Source: an uncultured delta proteobacterium (lineage in GTDB: Bacteria > Desulfobacterota > Binatia > Binatales > Binataceae). Taken from it: a stretch of DNA of 64,000 nt. The translations under genes and the position numbers were made by a program. Position 1 is the first letter of the stretch, and each line of letters starts with the position of its first letter. The DNA lies in contig CAVQEQ010000001.1 of assembly GCA_963711565.1 (NCBI GenBank), positions 1,056,001 through 1,120,000 on the forward strand. Reading direction: 5' to 3'. Positions 9,387 through 19,121 of this stretch are shown here, piece after piece. Under the pieces are notes generated by a model, which saw nothing but the letters and a program-made list of their open reading frames with translations, did no database searches and was not told the origin of the DNA.

Positions 9387-10835
9387 TTAGGTCGTCTTGC
9401 TGATGGGACGTCGCTCCAGCCGTGGGAAGCGCGGGTCCTCCTCCCACGGGATTACGTCGGAAGTTTCGCACAGCCACGCGAGAATCTGATCGCGCGATTC
9501 GCGTTCGAGCTCTGCGTACTCGGGCAGGCCCGCGAGATTGGTTACTTCGAGCGGATCGTTCACGCGGTCATAGAGTTCCGGCCGCTCGTACAGCCGGTAG
9601 ATGTAGGTCCACTTGCTATCGCGCACTGCGATCGCGCGGCCCATCGTGATCGGGTCCTCGTGCATGATCGCTGACTTCCGATCGTACGGAAACTGCGCAC
9701 GTTCGAACTGATGCTCCTCGATCGTCAGATAGCCGCCCTCGGAGAATGCCCGCTCGCGATGAGCGCGCGTCTCGCCGCGCATAAGCGGCGCCAGGCTCTT
9801 GCCGAACTGAGTATATTTCGGCGCGACTTCGCCAAATTCCAGCATCGTCGGCGTCAGGTCAACCAGTTCGACCATCTCGTCGCACGCCTGGCCTTCACGC
9901 AGTCCCGGCCCTGCGATCACCAGCGGATTGCGCACCAGGCACTCGCTGACGCCCGCCGGCCACTTCTCCACCAGCCCAAAATCCCCTGCGTACTCGCCGT
10001 GATCGGTGAAGAACGCCGTCACCGTACGCGCGCCGAATCCAGCACCGTCCACCGCGCGCATCACGCGCCCGAGCTGATCGTCGACGCGCGCGATCATGCC
10101 GTAGTAAGTCGCGCGAATCTCCCTGAAGTCGTCCTCGTCGAGCCGTGCAAGCTCGTAGCGATCGTACATCGCACGCATGTAGCGCGGTTTGTCGTCGAGC
10201 CGAGTCGGCGCGCGCGGCGGGACGTCCTTGCGGCTGTGCATCGAGAACCACGGCTCCTCGACCTCGAACGGCGGATGAGGAAAAATCAACGCCGCAAACA
10301 GCACCCACGGCTCGCGCGGCCCGGCGGCCAGCCACTGTTCGGCGCTCTGCACGGTCGCTTCGTCGAAGTCGAGCACCACCCCGTCATGCATGCGCCGTCC
10401 GTGATAGAACGAGTGGCGCAGCTTGTGGCCTTCCGGAAACGGGCACGGCTCGAACCCAACCTCTGGGCGCACGATCCAGCCCGCGAAGTCGGTGCTCGCC
10501 TCGGTGACGCCCGGCGCAAACGTATCGCCGCGCTGTCCGACCCACGCAACGTTGTAGCCGCTCTCCTTCAGGCTCTTCAGCAGATTCGGTTCCCACGGCT
10601 TGAGCAAATTGGTCAGCGTGCGATGGCCGCCCACGTGCGGATACCATCCGGTGAACATCGACACGCGGCTCGGCCCGCACAGACTGTGCTGCGAGAACGC
10701 GTTGCGGAAGACGGTCCCGCGCCGCGCGAGCGCGTCGATATTCGGAGTTTGCACAACAGGATTCCCGAACGCGCCCACCGAGTCGGCGCGCAGTTGATCC
10801 GGCATAAACATCACGATGTTGGGCCGATCGCTCAT
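9387..10835 (-). CDS. Formylglycine-dependent sulfatase (choline-sulfatase-like)
   Basis: PNIVMFMPDQLR, CGPSR (CxPxR), FFTDHGE, ELYDRVNDPLE. Confidence 0.92.
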   Translation of the reverse strand: MSDRPNIVMFMPDQLRADSVGAFGNPVVQTPNIDALARRGTVFRNAFSQHSLCGPSRVSMFTGWYPHVGGHRTLTNLLKPWEPNLLKSLKESGYNVAWVGQRGDTFAPGVTEASTDFAGWIVRPEVGFEPCPFPEGHKLRHSFYHGRRMHDGVVLDFDEATVQSAEQWLAAGPREPWVLFAALIFPHPPFEVEEPWFSMHSRKDVPPRAPTRLDDKPRYMRAMYDRYELARLDEDDFREIRATYYGMIARVDDQLGRVMRAVDGAGFGARTVTAFFTDHGEYAGDFGLVEKWPAGVSECLVRNPLVIAGPGLREGQACDEMVELVDLTPTMLEFGEVAPKYTQFGKSLAPLMRGETRAHRERAFSEGGYLTIEEHQFERAQFPYDRKSAIMHEDPITMGRAIAVRDSKWTYIYRLYERPELYDRVNDPLEVTNLAGLPEYAELERESRDQILAWLCETSDVIPWEEDPRFPRLERRPISKTT

Positions 10836-10845
10836 CTGAATGAAC

Positions 10846-11943
10846 TTACACGATCCTCAAATATTCCGGCGACGGCAGCGGCGGGAACTTTGCCGCCGGG
10901 ATCGTCTGGTACCAGTACGCCACCGACGCGATATCGTCCTGCAGCGGCAGGAACTCAGCGCCCTTGCGCGGATCGCCCATCCATCCCAGCGCCTGGATTG
11001 TCACTCGCAAGTCGCGCGCGAATCTGACCGGGTCCGCGATATGCCAGCGATACATTCCGAATCTCTGCTGCGACGCGTACAGCCCGTCGGGCCGAATGAC
11101 TTGCGCTAATCCCGCATACGGCGTCGTGAACTCGCGATAGCCGCCGTTTTCCTTGCCCACGTCGAAGTTGTACGAGCCGCAGAAGTAATCTTCGGTGCCC
11201 GTGCCGCAGATCGTCGGAAACTCCGCGTCGCCGTCGATGAAAAACTTTATCTCACCCTCGCCCCACCATCCGCTGTTGTGAACGCCCCACGCCATGTACG
11301 TACCCACGTATTGCCCGCGCCCCGTGACGCCGTCGAGAATCGTGTACACCTCTTTGTACGGCAGCGGGTTGACGCGGCGGAACTGCGCGTGGAAGTAGGC
11401 AGCATCAGTAGGTACTTCAGTGAGTACATAGTTGATTTGATAGAATAGTATCATCGCCGTCTCGGCCGTATTGGTCATGGTAATCAGGCAGCGCTTGCGA
11501 AATGGCATTTCCCAATAGCAATTGAACGCGCTGCCGGGATTCACGCACACTGCCAGCGACGACACCTGCGCATAACGGTTCCATCCGCAGGCGAAAAAAT
11601 CGCCGACCGGGCATTCCACCGACGGCTCCGGCGCGCCGTCCCAGTAAATTCGCAGGATGCTCGAGCGCCACGGCCCCGTCGGCGTCATCCAGATTTGCGC
11701 AATCGCGCCCGCCCCCGCGATATCGGCGAGCACTTTCACTTCGCCCGGCTCGATGACGACGTAAGGCGCGACCTTCCATCCACGCCCTAGCTTGCGCGCC
11801 GGACTCTTGGCCGGGTCGGGCATCGCCGTCGCGCCCTTGCCTTTTTCGCCGGTTGGATTTTCGGGACTTATCGAGCGGCTCTCCGCGTTCGACAGAATCG
11901 CGAGATTCCCCATGTGCATGCCGAGTCCGTTGAACGATGCCAT
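10846..11943 (-). CDS. DUF2961 / glycoside hydrolase family 172 protein
   Basis: SISPENPTGEKGKG, WWGEGEIKFFIDGD, GTGTEDYF, DDIASVAYWYQ. Confidence 0.9.
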   Translation of the reverse strand: MASFNGLGMHMGNLAILSNAESRSISPENPTGEKGKGATAMPDPAKSPARKLGRGWKVAPYVVIEPGEVKVLADIAGAGAIAQIWMTPTGPWRSSILRIYWDGAPEPSVECPVGDFFACGWNRYAQVSSLAVCVNPGSAFNCYWEMPFRKRCLITMTNTAETAMILFYQINYVLTEVPTDAAYFHAQFRRVNPLPYKEVYTILDGVTGRGQYVGTYMAWGVHNSGWWGEGEIKFFIDGDAEFPTICGTGTEDYFCGSYNFDVGKENGGYREFTTPYAGLAQVIRPDGLYASQQRFGMYRWHIADPVRFARDLRVTIQALGWMGDPRKGAEFLPLQDDIASVAYWYQTIPAAKFPPLPSPEYLRIV

Positions 11944-12008
11944 CGCGTGCGCCTCCTCAGGTCGGGCCGCGCAATTCTAGTCAGGTAGCATCGCGATGCG
12001 GAAGGATT

Positions 12009-12971
12009 TCATAATTCCAGATCGACTGTCACGAAGTCGTGATCGGATATGCGCCGCTTTAGAATCGGCGACCGCGGTGTGACGACCGCCGCCGTCCCCG
12101 CGACTGGACGGAAACCGCGGACCGCGAGCCAATCAAGTTTCGGCCTCATCGATCGCGGGATTAATCCCGAAAACGTGAAAGTAGGGCAATTCGCAACGTT
12201 AACGCCGTCGATCTCCAGCCCATGCTCTCGCAGATGATCGAACAAGGGCTCGTATGCCTGGGGCGCGCGGAATCTGTTCGGATTGGTGATCATCTGCCAC
12301 ACCGTCGCCGCCATCGACGCGCGGTCCGATAGCTCAGTGGTCGTCGTGTTCAAGTCGCCGCCGAAGATCACTCGGCCCGCCGTCGGGAACGACTCCATAT
12401 AATCCGCCATCTGGCGGGCGCGCTCCGCCGGCGTGCAGCGGCTGTGCAGATGCGCGACGCCGACTGAAATCTCTGCCGGGCCGAATTTCACTCTGGTAAT
12501 CAATCCGGTTGGCCTGCCGACGCGCGTCACGCCCCGGTCGCGCCTCGGCAGCACCCGTGGTGGACGCGGATTATGCATCGCGATCGCGGCCACGTCCGCG
12601 AACGGCGCCGAACTCAGAATGGCATTGCCCATGTACGTTTCATTTTCCTTTCCCTGTCGGCTGAACCCGAATTCGCGAACATACGCACAGCTCATCCCAA
12701 GCGCCTCGCCGAGCTCCTCCGCGATGTCGCGACCCGGCGATCGCCTCAATCCGGAATTAACCTCGCACAGCAGAATCACATCGGCGCCCGCGAGCGGCTT
12801 GCGCTGCAGACATGCCAGGAGCTCGCGGAACCGCGCACCGCCCGCCGCATTGAGCAACACGACCCGCAGTCGCGATCCTGGCCGCCGCGCCGCACGATTC
12901 ACGACGATCGGCGGAAAATGCGGCGTCGCCTTGGCGCCAGCCGCGGTAAGATCGAGCGCGTCGCGATGCAT
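12009..12971 (-). CDS. Endonuclease/exonuclease/phosphatase (EEP) family protein
   Basis: DVILLCEV, GNAILS, GGDLNT, KLDWL, ISDH. Confidence 0.88.
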   Translation of the reverse strand: MHRDALDLTAAGAKATPHFPPIVVNRAARRPGSRLRVVLLNAAGGARFRELLACLQRKPLAGADVILLCEVNSGLRRSPGRDIAEELGEALGMSCAYVREFGFSRQGKENETYMGNAILSSAPFADVAAIAMHNPRPPRVLPRRDRGVTRVGRPTGLITRVKFGPAEISVGVAHLHSRCTPAERARQMADYMESFPTAGRVIFGGDLNTTTTELSDRASMAATVWQMITNPNRFRAPQAYEPLFDHLREHGLEIDGVNVANCPTFTFSGLIPRSMRPKLDWLAVRGFRPVAGTAAVVTPRSPILKRRISDHDFVTVDLEL

Positions 12972-12980
12972 CGCCGGCAG

Positions 12981-15068
12981 CTAGTCGGTCAGTTCCTTCT
13001 GCAGATCCTTGAACGTCGTAATCGGCGGTGTGCACGTATGCTCGCGGCAGACGTAAGCCGTCACGTGGCCGTCGATTTGCCGCTTGCCGCGCACCTGCTC
13101 CGGGATGAATCCGGTTTCGGCGTCCGCTTCATCCGCAACGAAGATTGCAAGATTCGGCACATAGATGAGGCCAAGCCGCTCGATCCATTCGAGCAGCTCC
13201 GGCGAGTTGCGGTCGCCGACAATCACAACTTCGGTCGGGCCGCGCTGATAAAGGTCCACCGCTTCGAGCATGTGCGAGAATCCAAACGGCTGCTTCTCGA
13301 TAAATTCGCGAAACAGGCGGAGCGTCCGCGTTGCCTCGACGCGGTAACGCTCGTCGCCGGTGTAGCCATGCAGCCTGAGCAGCGCCATCGCCGCCGCGCT
13401 GTTGCCCGACGGCGTCGATCCGTCGAACGCCGCCTTCGAGCGCATGATCAACGCTTCGTGATCGTCCGACGTGAAATAGAAGCCGCCTTTTTCCTTGTCG
13501 ATGAACCGCTCGATGATCACGTCGGCGAGCGTCCGCGCATGCGCCAGGTACTTCGCGTCGAGCGACGCTTCGTACACGTCGAGCGTCGCGCCTGCCAACT
13601 GTGCATAGTCTTCGAGGTAGGCGTTGTGCCGGGCGACGCCGTCCTTGAACGACCGGCGGAGCGCGCGCCCGTCCCACATCGTCGTCATCATGAAATCGGC
13701 GGCGCGCTCCGCCGCTTTCAGATAACGATCCTCATGCAGCGCGCGATATCCCTCCGCAAACGCGCCGATCATCATCGCATTCCACGCCACCAGGATCTTC
13801 TCGTCGCGGCCCGGCTTCACCCTTTGTTCGCGCGCGGCGAAAAGCTTGTCGCGAGTCTCGCGTATCTTCGACGCCATTTCGTCTTCCGATAGCTTGAACA
13901 TCCGCGCGGCGTCGGCCAGCTCGATCGTGCGATGCGGAATATTCGCGTCTTCGAAATTGCCTTCGATCGAAATGTCGAAATACCGCTCCGCTATCGCGCC
14001 GAGTTCAGGACCAACAACGGCATCGATCTGCTCCGGCGTCCAGACGAAGAACTTCCCTTCGACGCCCTCGCTGTCCGCATCCTGCGCGGCGTAGAAACCG
14101 CCCTCGGGACTCGTCATCTCGCGCAAAACGTACTCGAAAATTTCACGCGCGACGCCCAGAAACTCCGGCTCGTTCAGCGCGCGCCCGGCGTCCAGGTAAA
14201 GCCGCGCCAGCAGCGCGTTGTCGTACAGCATTTTTTCGAAGTGCGGCACCAGCCACCGCTCGTCGACGCTGTAGCGATGGAATCCGCCGCCGACCTGGTC
14301 GTAGATTCCGCCGCGCGCCATCTTCGACAGCGTGTGCCGAACCATCTCGGCCATCGCCTCGTCGCCGTCGGCCGCGTGCACGCGGAGAAACAGCGAGAAC
14401 ACGAACGTGTTGGGAAATTTGGGCGCCTGGCCGAGCCCGCCGTTGATACTGTCGTAGTGCGTTGCGAGCGCGCGGGCAGATTCAATCGCCAGTTCGGGCT
14501 TGAGGTCTCCGCCCGTCGGCACGTAGTTGGTGAGCGCGCCGAGCGCTTCCGTCAGCTTCTCGAGATTGTTGGTGACTTCCTTCGCCTTGTCGCGATAAGC
14601 CTGCGACACCGCCGCCAGGATTCGCGGGAAGCCGGGCATCCCCTGCCGATCCTCGGGCGGATAGTACGTGCCGCCGAAAAACGGCCGCCCATCCGGCGCG
14701 AGGAACATTGTGAGAGGCCATCCGCCGCGCCCCGTGATCAGCTGCACTGCGTCCATGTAAATCTGATCGAGGTCGGGCCGCTCTTCACGATCCACCTTGA
14801 TCGGTACGAAATTCTCGTTGATCAGCCGCGCGATCGCGTCGTTCTCGAACGACTCGCGCTCCATCACGTGGCACCAATGACACGCCGAGTAGCCGATCGA
14901 CAGCATGATCGGCTTGTTCTCCGTCCGGGCTCGCGCGAGCGCGTCGGGCCCCCACGCATACCAATCGACTGGATTGTACGCATGCTGGCGCAGGTACGGA
15001 CTCTGCTCGTTGATTAACCGGTTCGGCTTGCGCCCGGAATGACTCTCGGGATTTTTCGCTTGGCTCAT
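12981..15068 (-). CDS. yyaL: YyaL/SSP411 thioredoxin-domain protein (DUF255 + six-hairpin glycosidase-like)
   Basis: [51 protein letters not shown]. Confidence 0.93.
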   Translation of the reverse strand: MSQAKNPESHSGRKPNRLINEQSPYLRQHAYNPVDWYAWGPDALARARTENKPIMLSIGYSACHWCHVMERESFENDAIARLINENFVPIKVDREERPDLDQIYMDAVQLITGRGGWPLTMFLAPDGRPFFGGTYYPPEDRQGMPGFPRILAAVSQAYRDKAKEVTNNLEKLTEALGALTNYVPTGGDLKPELAIESARALATHYDSINGGLGQAPKFPNTFVFSLFLRVHAADGDEAMAEMVRHTLSKMARGGIYDQVGGGFHRYSVDERWLVPHFEKMLYDNALLARLYLDAGRALNEPEFLGVAREIFEYVLREMTSPEGGFYAAQDADSEGVEGKFFVWTPEQIDAVVGPELGAIAERYFDISIEGNFEDANIPHRTIELADAARMFKLSEDEMASKIRETRDKLFAAREQRVKPGRDEKILVAWNAMMIGAFAEGYRALHEDRYLKAAERAADFMMTTMWDGRALRRSFKDGVARHNAYLEDYAQLAGATLDVYEASLDAKYLAHARTLADVIIERFIDKEKGGFYFTSDDHEALIMRSKAAFDGSTPSGNSAAAMALLRLHGYTGDERYRVEATRTLRLFREFIEKQPFGFSHMLEAVDLYQRGPTEVVIVGDRNSPELLEWIERLGLIYVPNLAIFVADEADAETGFIPEQVRGKRQIDGHVTAYVCREHTCTPPITTFKDLQKELTD

Positions 15069-15165
15069 GAATCTCGCTTCATGTTATCCGGCTCGGCGCC
15101 CTCTGTCATTCCGATCAATCTGCCGTATAGCAGAGCATCGAGCGCGCCAGTTACAATTCGCTGCT

Positions 15166-16909
15166 ATGACCTCCGCTTCCGCACCGCGCGATCCCATCGC
15201 CTCGCAACACGCTGGCGACGATTCGCAATTCCGTCTGCGCGCCGCACTCGTCCTCGTTCTCGCCGCGATTCTGTTCCTCGCCCGACTGGGTGCGCGAGCG
15301 CTGTGGTCCTCGGAATTCCGATGGGCCGAAATCGCGCGCGAGATGCTCGTGACGCACAACTACTTTTGGCCGACCATCAACGGTCACGTCTATTACGACA
15401 AGCCGCTCGGTTCGTACTGGCTCGTAATTTTTTCGACACCGTTCACAGGCGGCCTCAATGAGGCTGCCACGCGCCTGCCCAGCGCGATCGCAGGACTGCT
15501 CGCAGTACTGCTGCTCATGCTGCTGACGCGACGCCTCTACGATGCTCGCACCGGCTTGCTCAGCGGAATCATTCTCGCGACCAGCTTCAGCTTCGTATTC
15601 TTTTCGCGCGACGCGAGCGCCGACGTCGAAACGATCACCGGCGAACTCGCCGCACTGCTGCTCTTCAATCACTTCGAAGATCGCGGCGGCGGAATCTGGA
15701 TCGTTGGCCTCTGGCTGATCATGGCCGCAACTTCACTCACCAAGGGCTTGCTGGGATTCGTCCTGCCGCTATTGGTGATTGGCGCGTACTCCTGTCTCCG
15801 CGACGGTTCGTCGCAATTCTTTCAGGAAATTCTCACCGGCTCGATTGGTGATCGCGTAAGCAAACTCATCGAACGCAATCGATGGTTCTTCAATTGGTAC
15901 ACCGTCGCCGGCATCGCGGTCGGCGGCTTTGTGTACTACCTACCGTTCGAAATCTCGGCGCGCATGATGGGCACGCAAAAGGGACTCGCGATGGTCTATC
16001 GCGAAAACGTCGTGCGCTTTTTCCATCCGTTCGACCATCGCGGCCCCATCTACCTGTATGTCTACGTCATCTTCGGCCTGATGGCGCCGTGGTCGGCGCT
16101 GTTGCCGGCGGCCTTGGTGGAAACGCACAGCCTCCGTCACGCCAATACCGCCGGCCCGCGCGGATCGATTCGCACTGGTGTATTTCTGGGCGACGTTTAT
16201 ATTCTTCACGCTCTCAGGATCGCGCCGCAGTTACTACATCCTGCCGATTCTGCCTGCCGCCGCGATCCTCGTCGCTCGAGCGCTCACCTATCCCGGCGAG
16301 TTACGCTCGATGATCGCCCGCCGCCTGCTCGCTATCGGCTATGGGATCGTCGCATTCGCCGCGATCGCCGGCATCGTCCTGCTAATCCCAGCCTGGGCAA
16401 TTCTGCCGAGCCCCTACGACGCGCTGCCCGACTTGCCCGACAAATTCGCGTTTATCGTGTTCTGGATCGTATCGGTTGCCACCGTCATCTACGTGATTCG
16501 CAAATTCAGCCCGTACCGCATCGCGATCTCGATGGGCATCATCGCTTACCTCGTGATGGCCTACATATATATCTTCGCGATGCCCGCGGCGGAGGCATAC
16601 CGCGGTGAAAAGCCGTTCGGCTACGCGGTCCTGAACAAGATCGGCGGTGCGACCGACCACCTCGTCCTGTTCAAGACGCAAGGCCCGCTGTTCTATCTGA
16701 ATCCGCCGAATCCGCTACCCGAGTTCGACAAGAAGCAGGACTTGCAGGACGCAATCGCGAAAGGCGACGCCCAATGGATGATCGTCCGCCGACGAGACAT
16801 GCCCAAGCTCGACACCCCGACGACAGTCGAACTCAGCGAGGCGTCATACCCGTGGGAGACCGACTACAATTATCGCAACAAGGTAGTGCTGGTCCGCCTC
16901 GGCAACTGA
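15166..16909 (+). CDS. ArnT/GT83-GT39-like membrane glycosyltransferase, interrupted by a frameshift near 16150
   Basis: WSSEFRWAEIAREM, YYDKPLGSYW, RLPSA, TKGLLG in frame 1; continues in another frame as ARADRFALVYFWAT...RRSYYILPILP. Confidence 0.85.
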
Positions 16910-16931
16910 TTCGGGAGAGATCGTGAGATAG

Positions 16932-17062
16932 AGTGGCGCGGGCCGCCGTGCCCGCGATTCAATCCTCTGATGCCATTGCCACGATGGCCGCCGCTTGGAC
17001 GCAGTCGACTCGGATTGTTCGCATCGGTGAATGCAGCCGCGGGCACGGCGGCCCGCGCCACT
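16932..17062. repeat. REPIN-like inverted pair (family E: GTGG + GC hairpin)
   Basis: Perfect 25-bp inverted repeat AGTGGCGCGGGCCGCCGTGCCCGCG (16932-16956 / 17038-17062), 81-bp spacer, between convergent genes. Confidence 0.85.
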
Positions 17063-17116
17063 TGAGCGGGTGGCTCCGGGATCGAGGAAGGGCGAGGCCA
17101 AATGGACGCCAGCGAC

Positions 17117-17739
17117 TTATCGGCTCGGAAGCACCGCCGCGCCGCCCATTGCGGCCAGAGAGACGCCACCGAGATTATCGAGACCCAGGATGCCGATGAT
17201 TGTTCCTTGGAACCGAGCCGGAATCATCGGATCTGCAAGAATCGAATAGTGCTTGCCGTCGTTGGTGCTCATGATCTCAACCCGAAACGCTTTATCGACC
17301 TGAGCAACGGTCCCGGTGAACTGAATTCCTATGAAGTTCGGGTCGCGCGCCGTTATTTTGAAACCCTGAGACGTGAGCCACGAGCCAACCTGGTCGAACC
17401 AGCTTGCGGGCGGTTTGTTCAATTCCCTGCTTTCCTGCGTGGTCCAGAACTTGTGGTAGAGCGGCGACGAAGGGTCTTCGAATTCCTCGTGACGCATCTT
17501 CCATTCCGGCTTATTGCGAATGTCGTACACGATCCGCATGTTGAGCACGCGGCCGGGTTGTGCCGGAACTACAAGGCCGAACGTGGACGCCTGCGGTGGT
17601 ACGCCTCCCGGCAGGGTGACCATAGGCTCGGATGGCGGAGTTGGTACGCCAGCCGCGGCTGAAGACGCGATCAACCAGATCGGGAGCGCTGCTATCAGTA
17701 AGGTATGAAACGTATTTGCCCCCCGAGCGGCCCCGCATC
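17117..17739 (-). CDS. Stand-alone peptidase S53 (pro-kumamolisin) activation/propeptide domain; 5' end out of frame at a G6 tract
   Basis: DPSSPLYHKFWT, WLTSQGFKI, FTGTVAQVDKAF, IIGILGLDN; no catalytic domain before stop at 17117; ATG 17739 overlaps the dnaN stop. Confidence 0.75.
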
Positions 17740-18880
17740 ACAGCCGCATCGGCATGACGACGTACGTGTACTGCTGATCCGTCTCCGTTCTGATGACGCC
17801 GGGGCTGACATCGTCGCTCAGTCCGAGCTCCACCGTCGAATCCGCGCCTTGCGGGATCACTCCCAGCGCCTGTTGCACGTATGACGCGTTGAATCCGATC
17901 GCGAATTCTTCGCTCTTGAAATCCACATCGAGCGACTCGCTGGCTTCGCCGGTTTCCGGACTCGTCAACGAGACCGTCAGCGTGCCGGCCGACAGCGCAA
18001 ACTTTACGCCGTGGTATCGCTCGCTCGAGAAAATCGCGGCGCGCTTGATTGCCGCGAACAGCAGATCTCGCTTCACGGTAATCTTGTATTTCGATTGCTT
18101 CGGGATGACGCCGCGGTAATCGGGGAATTCGCCCTCGACCAGCCGCATCGACACTTCGGTGGCACCGCGCTTCAGGTATGCGAGCTGACCCTCGAGGCTG
18201 AGCCGCACTTCGGCTTCTCCGCCTACATCCAGAATTTTGCGCAGTTCCGCGAGTCCCTTTCGTGGAATGATCGCGCCGCTCGGCATCGTGAATCCCGGCA
18301 CTTCGCGCTCGATCATCGCCAGCCGATGGCCGTCAGTCGCGACCATCCTGACCGCGCCGGGAGCGTTGGACTCGACGAACACGCCGCTCAGGTTGTAGCG
18401 GGCTTCATCGGGACTGACCGCGAAGATCGTCTTGTCAATCATCTGGGCCAGCACCGCCGCCGGAATTGCCAGTTCGGCCTTGAGCTGTTTCTTCGCGGCC
18501 CCCGCATCCTTGCCGGTGCTCTGACTCGGCATCGCGGGGAAGCTGCGCGGATCGAGGCCCATCATTTTGAATTTCGCGCGGCCGCATTTCAGCTCGACCC
18601 AATCGCCGTCGAGCAACGTCAGCGCGACTTCATCGCCTTCGGTCTCGCGCACGATTTCGAACAGCTTGCGCGCGTTTAGCGTCAGGCTTTTTTCCTTGCC
18701 GGAGCACGCGACCTGGGTGCGGATTCCGACTTCGAGGTCGGTCGCGCTGAGCATCAGCGAATTTCCGTTGGGTTCGAGTAGAACATGGCCGAGGATCGGG
18801 ACCGTCGTGCGCCGTTCCACGATGCCCTGGACCAGACCCAAACCGCTAAGCAGCGAAGCACGCTCGATTGCGAGTCCCAT
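17738..18880 (-). CDS. dnaN: DNA polymerase III beta sliding clamp
   Basis: ATDLEV, VATDGHRLA, RLVEGEFPDY, IGFNASY, YVVMPMRL; follows dnaA. Confidence 0.98.
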   Translation of the reverse strand: MGLAIERASLLSGLGLVQGIVERRTTVPILGHVLLEPNGNSLMLSATDLEVGIRTQVACSGKEKSLTLNARKLFEIVRETEGDEVALTLLDGDWVELKCGRAKFKMMGLDPRSFPAMPSQSTGKDAGAAKKQLKAELAIPAAVLAQMIDKTIFAVSPDEARYNLSGVFVESNAPGAVRMVATDGHRLAMIEREVPGFTMPSGAIIPRKGLAELRKILDVGGEAEVRLSLEGQLAYLKRGATEVSMRLVEGEFPDYRGVIPKQSKYKITVKRDLLFAAIKRAAIFSSERYHGVKFALSAGTLTVSLTSPETGEASESLDVDFKSEEFAIGFNASYVQQALGVIPQGADSTVELGLSDDVSPGVIRTETDQQYTYVVMPMRL

Positions 18881-19121
18881 GAATTGTTAGCCCGTCTTCC
18901 TATTCCGGATCTTTAGATATCTAAAAAAGAATAGCAGTAATAGTAGGAGTTGTGGATTTGTTGATTGATACTGCAAGCGCCTGAAATTGAACGCCGATCG
19001 ATCGCTGAAAAGTTGTCGACGGAAAAGCGGCTGACCGACAGGGCCGGCCTTGCGCGCACCGGCCCTGTCGATAGCTCTAACGTTATGCGCACCTCATCCA
19101 CAGCCTCCCCCACATCGATTC
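18881..19121. other. Replication origin oriC (dnaA-dnaN intergenic): AT-rich DUE, DnaA-trios, DnaA boxes
   Basis: AT-rich 18911-18931; TAG CAG TAA TAG TAG at 18932-18946; TGTGGATTT 18951-18959; TCATCCACA near 19094. Confidence 0.85.

Noticed and set aside
17117-18880. dnaN stop-codon readthrough into the in-frame S53 propeptide ORF
   Set aside because: DnaN ends at its canonical MPMRL and the next segment looks like a signal peptide; a one-base slip in the G6 tract is simpler
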